Assembly: GCA_963702845.1 (NCBI GenBank)
Contig: OY969763.1
Coordinates: 1,280,001 to 1,344,000, forward strand
Source: an uncultured Verrucomicrobiae bacterium
Lineage (GTDB): Bacteria > Verrucomicrobiota > Verrucomicrobiia > Limisphaerales > Palsa-1400
DNA length: 64,000 nucleotides
Direction of reading: 5' to 3'
This document shows positions 19,302 through 28,303 of the stretch, one piece after another. The translations under genes were made by a program, and so were the position numbers. The number at the start of each line of letters is the position of its first letter. Position 1 is the stretch's first letter. The notes under the pieces are model-generated. The model was not told where the DNA came from and ran no database searches. It saw only the letters and a list, made by a program, of their open reading frames with translations.

Positions 19302-19763
19302 ATGACCGTCTTGCGCCAAATATTTGGGTTTGCTTCCGCCTGCTTCGTGGGCGTGCTTCTCCCAGTCGCTGCCGAGGTTTACGACGGAGTGTACCGGCAT
19401 TCACATGGTTCTCCAGCTCCATGGCCGAGCAGCCTCTTCCCCAAGGTTCAATTCGTTGCTCTAGGCAGCGCATTGGTCGGTCTGCTTGTCGGAGTTATTG
19501 GTGTCGGCCTGTTGCATTGGGCGCACCGCGTCAGACTAAAAGACTACGTGATTGCAGGGTTGGTTTTGGGAGCAGGGAGTGGAGCGTCTTTCACAGCGAT
19601 TTCCCGCATCCCGACTGACCCTGCTGTGTCTTGGGTCGTATTCATCGTGCTGCCGTCGCTCTCGATGGCCATTGGTTTTACCTGCTATTGGTGTATTTGT
19701 ATTCGTGGTGCAGCTAACAAGCTCACTGGAGCGAATGCGGGCGAAACTCCCGAGCTTAGTTGA
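19302..19763 (+). CDS. Cassette-like 4-TM membrane protein
   Basis: Bounded by GTTAGCT (19288) and complementary AGCTAAC (19712); reads into attC remnant. Confidence 0.7.
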   Translation: MTVLRQIFGFASACFVGVLLPVAAEVYDGVYRHSHGSPAPWPSSLFPKVQFVALGSALVGLLVGVIGVGLLHWAHRVRLKDYVIAGLVLGAGSGASFTAISRIPTDPAVSWVVFIVLPSLSMAIGFTCYWCICIRGAANKLTGANAGETPELS

Positions 19764-19906
19764 TAAACAACGCCTCATTCGTCGCTGTTCACGCGGGGAC
19801 TGCGGCGGCAACGAAGGCGTTCTCGGTGGATGCGGGTTTCGGCACCACCACCGTCTTCATGACCTCCATCGCGGCGAGTTTGCGCCACCATTCTTCGGCC
19901 TGCTCG
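19744..19906 (-). pseudogene. Displaced 3' end of unknown gene, copy 1
   Basis: Minus strand reads EQAEEWWRKLAAMEVMKTVVVPKPASTENAFVAAAVPA*; similar to 22655-22738 and 23452-23599. Confidence 0.65.
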
Positions 19907-19957
19907 AAACAAACAGGGCGCGGTGCGCGGGGTCAAGAAGGCAGAATACCGGCAAGC

Positions 19958-21574
19958 TCAAGGGTAGGGCTCGCCATGAACGGTTCGCGGCGCGGGTTGG
20001 AATGCCGCAGAGAAAATGTCATGGCGAGGATCGTAATAATCACCGGCGATGCCCATTAATCCGAGCAGCGTGTGGTCAAGTCGATCGGTTTGGTAAGGCC
20101 GGTTACGCAACTTGGAGTCGGTCTCAGGTTGGGTGCGGAAGGTCGAAGAGCGCCAGAAAATCATGGGGATTTCAAACTGCTCCCGCGCCCGTACGTTAAT
20201 ACCTGCAAAATTGTTGTGGTGGGCGACGTCCTGGCCGTGGTCGGAAACGAAGAGCCAGGCCACGGGTTGCGAGGACGCGCGGCAGAGAGCCAGCGAACGT
20301 TTCAGAACATGGTCCATGTAAAGTATGGCGTTGTCGTAGTAGTTGCGCTGGCTAATGGCCCAAAACGCGCGGCCTTCGGCTTTCAACTGCGTGGTGACGG
20401 CGTCGTCGGCGTTATTGAACCGCGCGAAGGATTTGGGGTAGCGGTAGAAATAGGCCGGATGGGCGTTGAGCAGGTGCACGATTATCAGTTTGCGGGGGCC
20501 GGGGTCGCGCAAGGCCTCCTCCAAAGCCGGAAGCACCGCTTCGTCATAGGACCCTGCGCCGCGCGAGGAGCCGCGATTTGCCATAACGGTTTTGTCGGCG
20601 TGTGAGGCGAAGACGGCAACCAATCCGTTTGCGTCGGTGCTATGATTGCTGATCCAGAAACTTTTGTAGCCGGCCTTTCTCGCCATCAGGAGCACGTCGG
20701 GCTTTTTCAGCCACAGGTCCGGGTGGGAGAGGTCCGCCGGGGTCAGGATATTTCTAAGCGCAGGGATGGTGGACGAATCGCAACTGACCACATCGGAAAA
20801 CCAGGTCAACTCATCGCCCATCGCATTCAGTTCGGGCGTGGTTTCCCGTTGGTAGCCGAAGCTGGGCAGGTTCAGCCGGGTGACACTTTCGCCGATGACA
20901 AAGACAAGCGTGCGAGGGGACGAGTCGGCGCAGTGCAAGGAATCGAGCTGCGGATCGGCAGCTGCAGTGGCCATCTTGGATTGCAGCGCGCGCGTCGCTT
21001 CGACGTCCCGCGCCCATTCCCGGTAGCGAATCGGAAAGAAGAGCGCCGGGTTATGGTTGCGAATGGACGAATTTAGATGAAACAGGAGGAACAGAATGGG
21101 GAAGGCCACGGCTGGTTTCCATGCGGCGCGCCGGACGTCGGCGGTCCGTGCCTGCGCCACGCCAACCCGCCTGCGCATTATCAGGGCGAATAGTGCCGCG
21201 AACACGGCCACGAGACCCGCGTGCTTGAGGAGAGCCAACATGTGGTGTTGGAGAAACTCAACCGCCTCCGCGCGGTCGGTGCTGAACATGGCTCCTACAA
21301 CAAAGTCTTCGTCAGGCCCAACGCCCAGGAATTCGCCCACGAAAGCGTGGAAACCGAGGAGCAGCAGGAATGGAATTGCTATAGCGAGGACGCAGGCTGT
21401 TCCGACTTTGGTTTCGTCGCCATGACGCGTGGTCCAGGCAGACACCGCCAGCACCGCGAGAGCGCCCAGCACCGCGATTTCGCTCGCCAGTTCCAAATTG
21501 ATCCAGCCCAGCATCAAATAGACAGCCGGGATCGTGATGAATGCTAGCGCTCTTGTTAACAGTATCATGCCCAT
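19958..21574 (-). CDS. Phosphoethanolamine transferase (EptC/CptA-like)
   Basis: TMs, T...EA.EF, VFVIGES, GY.RETTPEL, STIPAL, AGYK.FWISN, YDNAILYMD, SDHG. Confidence 0.9.
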   Translation of the reverse strand: MGMILLTRALAFITIPAVYLMLGWINLELASEIAVLGALAVLAVSAWTTRHGDETKVGTACVLAIAIPFLLLLGFHAFVGEFLGVGPDEDFVVGAMFSTDRAEAVEFLQHHMLALLKHAGLVAVFAALFALIMRRRVGVAQARTADVRRAAWKPAVAFPILFLLFHLNSSIRNHNPALFFPIRYREWARDVEATRALQSKMATAAADPQLDSLHCADSSPRTLVFVIGESVTRLNLPSFGYQRETTPELNAMGDELTWFSDVVSCDSSTIPALRNILTPADLSHPDLWLKKPDVLLMARKAGYKSFWISNHSTDANGLVAVFASHADKTVMANRGSSRGAGSYDEAVLPALEEALRDPGPRKLIIVHLLNAHPAYFYRYPKSFARFNNADDAVTTQLKAEGRAFWAISQRNYYDNAILYMDHVLKRSLALCRASSQPVAWLFVSDHGQDVAHHNNFAGINVRAREQFEIPMIFWRSSTFRTQPETDSKLRNRPYQTDRLDHTLLGLMGIAGDYYDPRHDIFSAAFQPAPRTVHGEPYP

Positions 21575-21712
21575 ACCCGCAAAGCCGCCTCGGAATGCAG
21601 CAATACTCGGGAGTTCCGGATTGCTGTGCCTTCTTCTTGCACGGAACATTGCCCGACGTCAACTATAGAAAATGTGCTGGTTCCGCTTTCGGAACTAGCT
21701 AAAGTCCCGTTT

Positions 21713-22633
21713 GTGAAGAATCCCTTACGCAAAAAGACCGTAAGAGTCGGGGCGATTTGCCTGGCGTCCATTTTGGTGGCTTATCTGATTCTTGGTTTTA
21801 CCGGCGGAGGATGGAGCCCTCGGTTGGACGATACGTTTCAATGGGACGGCGATTCGATGCTGCTTTTCGCCCACCGGGGGCTGGGTCGAAGCGTCCCGGA
21901 GAACAGCTTGGCGGCTTTCGCGGAAGCCCGGCAGCTTGGGTTCAAGGCGGTGGAGCTCGATATCCGAAAAACGAAAGACGGCCAACTGGCGATACTTCAC
22001 GACCCAACCCCTAAGCGGACGCTGGGCTTGGACGTCCGGTTCGGCGATTTAACCCTGGCGGAAATCAAACAGCGCAGAATGCTTTTCAAAGGGCAGGAAA
22101 CAACCAATTACATTCCGACCCTTCGGGAGGTGTTTGAAGCGGAAGGTAAGAATCTCCGGTTCTATCTTGATATGAAAGAGAAGAAGTTCCGCGACGCGGA
22201 CCAAATCGCGAGCCTCATCCAGGAGTTTGACCTTTATGACCGGACGATTCTTGCTTCGGTAGATCCGCTGTTTGTGGTGTACGTCGAGCATAAGTATCCA
22301 AGGATCAACACCACCCTTGAAAGGTTTGATACCGCCCAGTCATGGCTTTACCGACTGATCCCGAAAAGATGGAAACCTGATTATCTCTCCGGAGATGCCT
22401 CCAAGGCGGACTGCCAGCAGCACTGGCTGAAGGAAAACAATTTGCTGTCCAAACGAATCGTCTACTCGGTTGATCGGACGACTTACCAGCTGACGCTGAA
22501 CTCCGGCATCAGAAAGGCGATCGTAGATAACGATTTCAGCCTTTACTCAGACTCGCTGTCAAAACAGGTGCCGAGCTACCCGCATGAGACGGCTGTCTCA
22601 ACCGAACGGCTGAGTGAACCGCACTCGCAGTGA
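21713..22633 (+). CDS. Glycerophosphodiester phosphodiesterase
   Basis: FAHRG....PENSLAAF..A...G...VELDIRKTKDG....LHD, IPTL.EV, LDMK. Confidence 0.9.
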   Translation: MKNPLRKKTVRVGAICLASILVAYLILGFTGGGWSPRLDDTFQWDGDSMLLFAHRGLGRSVPENSLAAFAEARQLGFKAVELDIRKTKDGQLAILHDPTPKRTLGLDVRFGDLTLAEIKQRRMLFKGQETTNYIPTLREVFEAEGKNLRFYLDMKEKKFRDADQIASLIQEFDLYDRTILASVDPLFVVYVEHKYPRINTTLERFDTAQSWLYRLIPKRWKPDYLSGDASKADCQQHWLKENNLLSKRIVYSVDRTTYQLTLNSGIRKAIVDNDFSLYSDSLSKQVPSYPHETAVSTERLSEPHSQ

Positions 22634-22654
22634 GACATCTGTCAGATAATCATT

Positions 22655-22738
22655 GTTCACGTGGGGATTTCGGCGGCGATGGGTTTTCCGGTGGATGCGG
22701 GTTTCGGCACAACCCCGGTTTTGGCGACCTCCATCGCG
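22655..22738 (-). pseudogene. Displaced 3' end of unknown gene, copy 2 (shorter)
   Basis: gttcacgtgggga..cggcggc..ggtggatgcgggtttcggcac..gacctccatcgcg, abutting attI-like site 2. Confidence 0.6.
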
Positions 22739-22818
22739 CCAAACCTGCGCGCCACCTTTAAAACCCTTGTTCGCGGATTAAAAGTATGGGAACTGTTGTC
22801 CCAGATTAATTGTTAGGC
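22739..22818 (+). mobile_element. attI-like site 2
   Basis: Near-identical to 19215-19294, ends in GTTAGGC. Confidence 0.65.
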
Positions 22819-22828
22819 GCATGTCGAC

Positions 22829-23431
22829 ATGTCACTTCTAAAACCACTTACTGATTTGCAGCAGGGAAATCGATGCCTTTTTGCCAAGGATTATGAAAGG
22901 GCAGTCGAGTATTTCTTGCGCCATGCCCAAGCGCATCCGCAGGAGCGCGCCACAGCTTACGTGCAGGTCGCGGAATGCTGTCGCCGTTCAAACATCATCC
23001 CTCAACCTCAGCCCATCGCCCCGGGAGTCACGCTGGCATCGGCGAGTGATCGGCCTTCAGCAGAGTATTACTACCGTTTGGCACTTCAGAGCGAACCAGA
23101 CCACTTTGGCGCGTTGGGGGGACTAGCCGAGGTTTTGCCGGAGGCCGCTGATGAGCGCTTGTCGATTCTAGAGCGGGCCGCGGCTCTCCAGCCCAGTTGT
23201 TTGATCTTGGTCGCTCTCGGCGATTTCTATCGAAGCCATCGCAAGGATTTCTCTCGAGCGTACGAGAGCTATCGCCGCGCACAGGAGCAGAGTCCCAGAG
23301 ACGAAACCGCCTATCGTCGCCTGAATGACATGTGCCGGCGTCTCGGCAGGCCTGACGAAGCAACGGAGTGGAGCGAGCGATGGAGAGAGGCGAAAGCGAC
23401 GAAAAAGCGAGTGGACGGGAAAACAGCATGA
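22829..23431 (+). CDS. Cassette-like TPR protein
   Basis: TPR-like helices; flanked by GTTAGGCGCAT (22812) and exact complement ATGCGCCTAAC (23435). Confidence 0.8.
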   Translation: MSLLKPLTDLQQGNRCLFAKDYERAVEYFLRHAQAHPQERATAYVQVAECCRRSNIIPQPQPIAPGVTLASASDRPSAEYYYRLALQSEPDHFGALGGLAEVLPEAADERLSILERAAALQPSCLILVALGDFYRSHRKDFSRAYESYRRAQEQSPRDETAYRRLNDMCRRLGRPDEATEWSERWREAKATKKRVDGKTA

Positions 23432-23451
23432 CCGATGCGCCTAACAAATGA

Positions 23452-23715
23452 AAACTCCCGGCCTTAATTAATAAACAGCGCCGTTCACGCGGGGACTGCG
23501 GCGGCAATGGGGCTATCGGCTGACGCGGGTTTCGGCACCACCATCGTGTTCAATCACCTCCAGCGCGGCGACTTGCCCCACCATTCTTCCGCCTGCTCGT
23601 GGCCCCACTGGTTTGCGGCTGCGAAGCGTCTCAATGCCAACTCCAAACGGGTGCGCGCGCGGGGCGATCGGCCGGGTTCTTGGTCAGCGGGTCATGATTT
23701 CCGCAATGGATATTC
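23452..23715 (-). pseudogene. Displaced 3' end of unknown gene, copy 3 (longest, frameshifted)
   Basis: Minus strand reads ..LELALRRFAAANQWGHEQAEEWWGK../..VVPKPASADSPIAAAVPA*. Confidence 0.6.
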
Positions 23716-23741
23716 CGGTAAAGAGGGGATGGGCCCCGTTT

Positions 23742-24122
23742 TCACGATGCTTTGAGCTTCAGGGTAAAACGAACTGGTATGTGACCAACGCTTCCCACAA
23801 TCGCCACGTTGCCAGGAATGATCATATTCTGGGTCGTGTGAATCGGCGTACCGAGCGGAACCCCTGGTGACGAATTTGTATCGGTTACACTGAGGTCGCC
23901 TTCGATCACGACGGCGAACTTGCCATCCGCCAGCGGCGTTGCGGTCAGAATGCAGTCCTTGCCCTCAAGTTGCAGATGCGTTGGAGTGCTGGCGGTAACC
24001 TCCACTACGCCCCAGTCCGTGACCTGGATGGCGCCATCCTGATTTTTGACAGCGGAGGATTTATTGCAGCCGGCTAGCATTAAAATGCTGGCCGCAAATG
24101 CAGGGAGGACGAGCTTTTTCAT
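23742..24122 (-). CDS. Putative lipoprotein downstream of attI-like site 3
   Basis: MKKLVLPAFAASILMLAGC lipobox. Confidence 0.75.
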   Translation of the reverse strand: MKKLVLPAFAASILMLAGCNKSSAVKNQDGAIQVTDWGVVEVTASTPTHLQLEGKDCILTATPLADGKFAVVIEGDLSVTDTNSSPGVPLGTPIHTTQNMIIPGNVAIVGSVGHIPVRFTLKLKAS

Positions 24123-24161
24123 CGTGTTAATTGTGAACACCGCATTGTAAAACAAGTTTCG

Positions 24162-24220
24162 GTTCAACAATTAATGTGTGACAACTGTTCGCACATTTTT
24201 ATTACGCGAACAAGAGTTGC
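24162..24220 (-). mobile_element. attI-like site 3 (diverged, inverted)
   Basis: Minus strand gcaactcttgttcgcgtaataaaaatgtgcgaacagttgtcacacattaattGTTGAAC aligns without gaps to sites 1 and 2. Confidence 0.6.
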
Positions 24221-24241
24221 AACACTCCGAAGAACCGGCGC

Positions 24242-24625
24242 TCAGATCCAACGCTGTACCGACTCACCTATATCGCTCGGCAACTGATTGAAGCACAGTT
24301 TGGATTGAGGCGCGTGTTCATGCACCACGTTTACCAACTTCTCAAACAGCATAAAGTTGCTCGGAACCGTTCTAACACCTGCTCCAATAAGGACGCAATC
24401 GAACCGCTTCTGCTTGAGCTGGCTTTGAACCACGGCCTCAGCGGTTTCGCCAAAGTCGGTCATACACGTTTGCACACTGTAACCGAGACGAGTCAGTTCC
24501 TCTTCAGAGGACTTGACACCAGCCAGCACCTTGGCTGCGCTCATGCCCGGCGGATAGCCGGGTTTTGAGAAATCAATCAGTGCCGGGTCCAGGCCAACCA
24601 CGAGTACACTTTTCTTGTCTGTCAT
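24242..24625 (-). CDS. Conserved hypothetical small alpha/beta protein
   Basis: VLVVGLDP..FDCVLIGAGVR....LFEKLVN.VH..AP...CFN..P.D..E.V.RW. Confidence 0.8.
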   Translation of the reverse strand: MTDKKSVLVVGLDPALIDFSKPGYPPGMSAAKVLAGVKSSEEELTRLGYSVQTCMTDFGETAEAVVQSQLKQKRFDCVLIGAGVRTVPSNFMLFEKLVNVVHEHAPQSKLCFNQLPSDIGESVQRWI

Positions 24626-25195
24626 AGATATGTCCATGTAGTTATTGAGTGACGGATGCAGGGATGCGGCGAAGCTAGGCCGTGCCGGGAAGGGCGTCAA
24701 GCTATACCGCGAGGCACGGAGGTTCCGGTTGCGAGGTAATCTTATTACTACATAATTGACGAATGAGTAACTTCATGCCACGCTGCTGCCATGAAACTAA
24801 AGCGTTTCGATAGCAAATCCGAGCAGCCACGTCCCACTCTCACCCAGCGGAACACCGAAACGCTTGTACCCATTCGGCTTTCGAACGCTCGCACCACCCA
24901 ATATCTGCGAAATGGCTTTTCCCTTCCCGCAAACCTCAATAAAAAGTCGGCAAAAGTCACCTGCTGCCACCTACGGTCACCTACTGTCACCCAAAAAAAA
25001 TGTTTTATAAACACCACAGAAACTCAGTTTTTTCCACGCCCGCTTGCGTTTCGTTCACTTTTACACGTCGTTTTTACCCCCGTTTTTCGCGCATTTTCGC
25101 GCACGCTCGGCGCTGTCACGTGTTCAGAACTCATTTTCCCGCTTGGCTTTCGGCAAAAGGTGGTCTCATATCGTCCTACGTACAACCAAAACGCT

Positions 25196-28100
25196 ATGCA
25201 TAAACTTAGCCGCATCGCCCTGGCTTTCGCGCTAACCACACTCAGCGCCACCGCCACCCTCAAACCCGTCGCCCTTCAATGCGAGTATCTCGATAACCCG
25301 CTGGGGCTCGACGAAACCTCGCCGAGCTTGAGCTGGAAGGTCGAAGCTTCCGAGAACAACCAAAAACAAACCGCCTATCAGGTCCTCGTTTCCACCAACG
25401 AAGTCGTGAAGGCCGGCGACCTCTGGGACAGCGGCAAAGTGAATAGCGACGAAACCGGCGCAATCTATTACCAGGGCAAACCGCTGAAGACCGGCCAGCA
25501 TTGCTATTGGAAAGTCGAAGTGTGGGACAAGGACGGCAAATCTTCTGGTTGGAGCAAACCAGCGATGTGGAGCATGGGCCTGCTTCAACAGTCCGATTGG
25601 AAAGGTGACTGGATCGGCTACGACAAAGCGCGGACCGCTTCGAACGCCGACGCGCCTCTTGATGATGCCAAGTGGATTTGGTTTAGCGGCGATAAAGGCC
25701 CGAACTTTCCCAAGGCAAATCGTGTCTTCATGAGTGAGATCGCTGTCGCTGAGAAATCCAAAATTCAAAAAGCCGAACTCTACTTGTCCGCCGACGACCT
25801 TTGCTCGTTCAACATCAACGGCCAACAAGTCAGCCAACCCGGCGACAATCTCGTCAAACGTTGCCTCTTGCTCGATGTCACGCCACAAATTAAACCCGGG
25901 CTTAACACCCTGCGCGCGCAAGTCGACAATGCCTCCGTGGGTCCCGGTGGCCTTATTGCCAAACTCGTCGTCACTACCAGTGATGGTCACAAATTCACTG
26001 AAGTCACCGATGAATCGTGGCACGCCACCGATAACGGCGGGGCCAATTGGCACGCCCGTCCAATCACCGACAAAGAGTGGCCTTACGTCCAGGTCATCGG
26101 CAATTACGGCACGGAGCCGTGGGGCAAACTCAAATATTCAACGCTCTCGTTGCCACCGCCGGCGTATTTGCGCAGAGAGTTCGACGTCGAGAAAAAGGTC
26201 ACGCGTGCCACCATTTACGCCACCGCTCTCGGCGACTGCGATTTGTATGTCAACGGCCAGCGTGTCAGTAACGATCGATTCACACCGGGCTGGACCGACT
26301 ACACCAAACGCGTCCACTATCGCACCTACGACGTGACCGATCTCGTCCGTAGCGATCGCAACGCAGTCGGCGCAATTCTCGCTGACGGTTGGTATAGCGG
26401 TTATATCGGCTGGGGCCAAAAACGCGACCACTACGGCACCAAACCTCGTTTTCGCGCGCAGTTACAACTCGAATACGCCGATGGCACCAGCGAAACACTC
26501 GCCACCGATGCCAGTTGGAAAGCCTCCACCGGCCCAGTTCGCGAAGAAGATTTTTTGATGGGTGCAACCTACGACGCTCGCCTGGACTCAAATTGGGACC
26601 AGGCACATTTCGACGATAGTAAATGGGATCCTGTCGTGACTGGCGCCGAAATGCATCCGCCCATCCAGGCCCATCCCGGTCCGGCCATTCACACCTTTAC
26701 CGAAGTGGTTCCCGTTGACCTCAACGAACCGAAGCCCGGCATTTATATCTTCAACCTTGGCCAAAACTTTGCCGGGGTAGCGCGATTGAAAGTGCGTGGA
26801 GACGCCGGACAAAAAATCACGTTGCGCTTTGCCGAACGCCTCAACTCTGACGGCACCGTTTACACAACCAACCTTCGTGGCGCTCGTGCCACCGATACAT
26901 TTATTTGCCGAGGCGGCGGACTCGAAATCTGGGAACCTCGTTTTACGTTTCACGGTTTCCAATACGTCGAAGTCACCGGCCTTAAACAAGCGCCGACTAA
27001 AGCAACCATCACCGGAATCGCTTTGAGCAGCGATACCCCGCACGTCGGTTCATTCGAATCATCGGATCCGATGCTCAATCGCCTCGCGAGAAATATTTAT
27101 TGGACCCAACGCGCCAACTTCATCGACATCCCCACCGATTGTCCGCAACGCGATGAACGCCTCGGCTGGACCGGCGATGCGCAGGTTTACGCCCGCGCGG
27201 CCACGCTCAATTGCGACGTGCACGCGTTCTTCGACAAATGGCTGGTCGACCTCGACGACGGCCAACGTGCCGATGGCCAATTCCCAATGATCGCTCCAGT
27301 TAAAATCGCCGGCGACGACGGTGGCCCCGCCTGGGCGGACGCCGGTGTGATTTGCCCCGTGACAATGTATTGGGTTTACAACGACCGCCGCGTTCTCGAA
27401 CGTCATTACCCGGCGATGACGAAGTTCATCGAGTTCTGCAAAAACCGCAGCACGCCTGATCTGCTGCCGCCGAAACAATTTCACTGCTTTGGCGACTGGC
27501 TCAGCATCAACGCCGACACACCCAAAGAAGTCATTTACGAAGCCTACTTCGCTTACAGCACGAAGCTCGTCGCCCGCGCCGCACAAGATCTTGGCAAACC
27601 GCAAGACGCCGCCAAATACAACGAACTCTTTGACCAGATCAAAGCCGCGTTCAACAAAGCTTACGTCGACGCCGACGGCCGCATTAAAGGCAACACCCAA
27701 ACCGCTTACGTTCTCGCGCTCGCTTTCGAGCTGCTCGACGTCGACAAACAAAAGCTCGCCGCGAAATATCTCGTCGAAGACATCGAGAAACGCGATTGGC
27801 ATCTCTCCACCGGATTTGTCGGCACCAAGAACCTGATGCTCGTCCTCGCGAAAATCGGCCGCGACGACGTCGCCTATCGTCTCATTCACAACACGACATT
27901 CCCGAGCTGGGGCTTCTCCATCGAGCAAGGCGCCACCAGCATTTGGGAACGCTGGGACGGTTGGCGTCCCGACAAAGGGTTTCAAGACCCCGGCATGAAC
28001 TCCTTTGCGCATTATTCATTTGGCGCAGTTTATCAGTGGATGGTCGAAAACATCGGCGGCATTCACTCCGACGGTCCCGGCTACAAACACCTGGTCATCG

Positions 28101-28303
28101 CCCCCGTTCCCGACGGCCACATGCAATGGGCCAAGACCAGCTACAGCAGCATTCACGGCCTGATCTCAAGCGATTGGAAAATGGAAAATAAAAAGCTGAA
28201 GCTCGACGTCACGATTCCCGCCAACACAACGGCGACTGTGATACTCCCCGGTCAAACCGGCAAAGAAATCGGCTCCGGCACCTATCACTTCGAATCGATG
28301 TAA
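25196..28303 (+). CDS. Alpha-L-rhamnosidase, GH78
   Basis: Signal peptide, LGLDE..P.LSW, GQNFAG, FTFHGFQYVE, PTDCPQRDERLGWTGDA, GATSIWERW, MNSFAHY. Confidence 0.95.
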   Translation: MHKLSRIALAFALTTLSATATLKPVALQCEYLDNPLGLDETSPSLSWKVEASENNQKQTAYQVLVSTNEVVKAGDLWDSGKVNSDETGAIYYQGKPLKTGQHCYWKVEVWDKDGKSSGWSKPAMWSMGLLQQSDWKGDWIGYDKARTASNADAPLDDAKWIWFSGDKGPNFPKANRVFMSEIAVAEKSKIQKAELYLSADDLCSFNINGQQVSQPGDNLVKRCLLLDVTPQIKPGLNTLRAQVDNASVGPGGLIAKLVVTTSDGHKFTEVTDESWHATDNGGANWHARPITDKEWPYVQVIGNYGTEPWGKLKYSTLSLPPPAYLRREFDVEKKVTRATIYATALGDCDLYVNGQRVSNDRFTPGWTDYTKRVHYRTYDVTDLVRSDRNAVGAILADGWYSGYIGWGQKRDHYGTKPRFRAQLQLEYADGTSETLATDASWKASTGPVREEDFLMGATYDARLDSNWDQAHFDDSKWDPVVTGAEMHPPIQAHPGPAIHTFTEVVPVDLNEPKPGIYIFNLGQNFAGVARLKVRGDAGQKITLRFAERLNSDGTVYTTNLRGARATDTFICRGGGLEIWEPRFTFHGFQYVEVTGLKQAPTKATITGIALSSDTPHVGSFESSDPMLNRLARNIYWTQRANFIDIPTDCPQRDERLGWTGDAQVYARAATLNCDVHAFFDKWLVDLDDGQRADGQFPMIAPVKIAGDDGGPAWADAGVICPVTMYWVYNDRRVLERHYPAMTKFIEFCKNRSTPDLLPPKQFHCFGDWLSINADTPKEVIYEAYFAYSTKLVARAAQDLGKPQDAAKYNELFDQIKAAFNKAYVDADGRIKGNTQTAYVLALAFELLDVDKQKLAAKYLVEDIEKRDWHLSTGFVGTKNLMLVLAKIGRDDVAYRLIHNTTFPSWGFSIEQGATSIWERWDGWRPDKGFQDPGMNSFAHYSFGAVYQWMVENIGGIHSDGPGYKHLVIAPVPDGHMQWAKTSYSSIHGLISSDWKMENKKLKLDVTIPANTTATVILPGQTGKEIGSGTYHFESM

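Noticed and set aside
17741..24220. Complete integron, IS or prophage
   Set aside because: No integrase, transposase, reverse transcriptase or phage ORF recognised in the window
24791..25195. 135-aa N-terminal extension of GH78
   Set aside because: Repetitive intergenic-like DNA; the signal peptide begins at 25196
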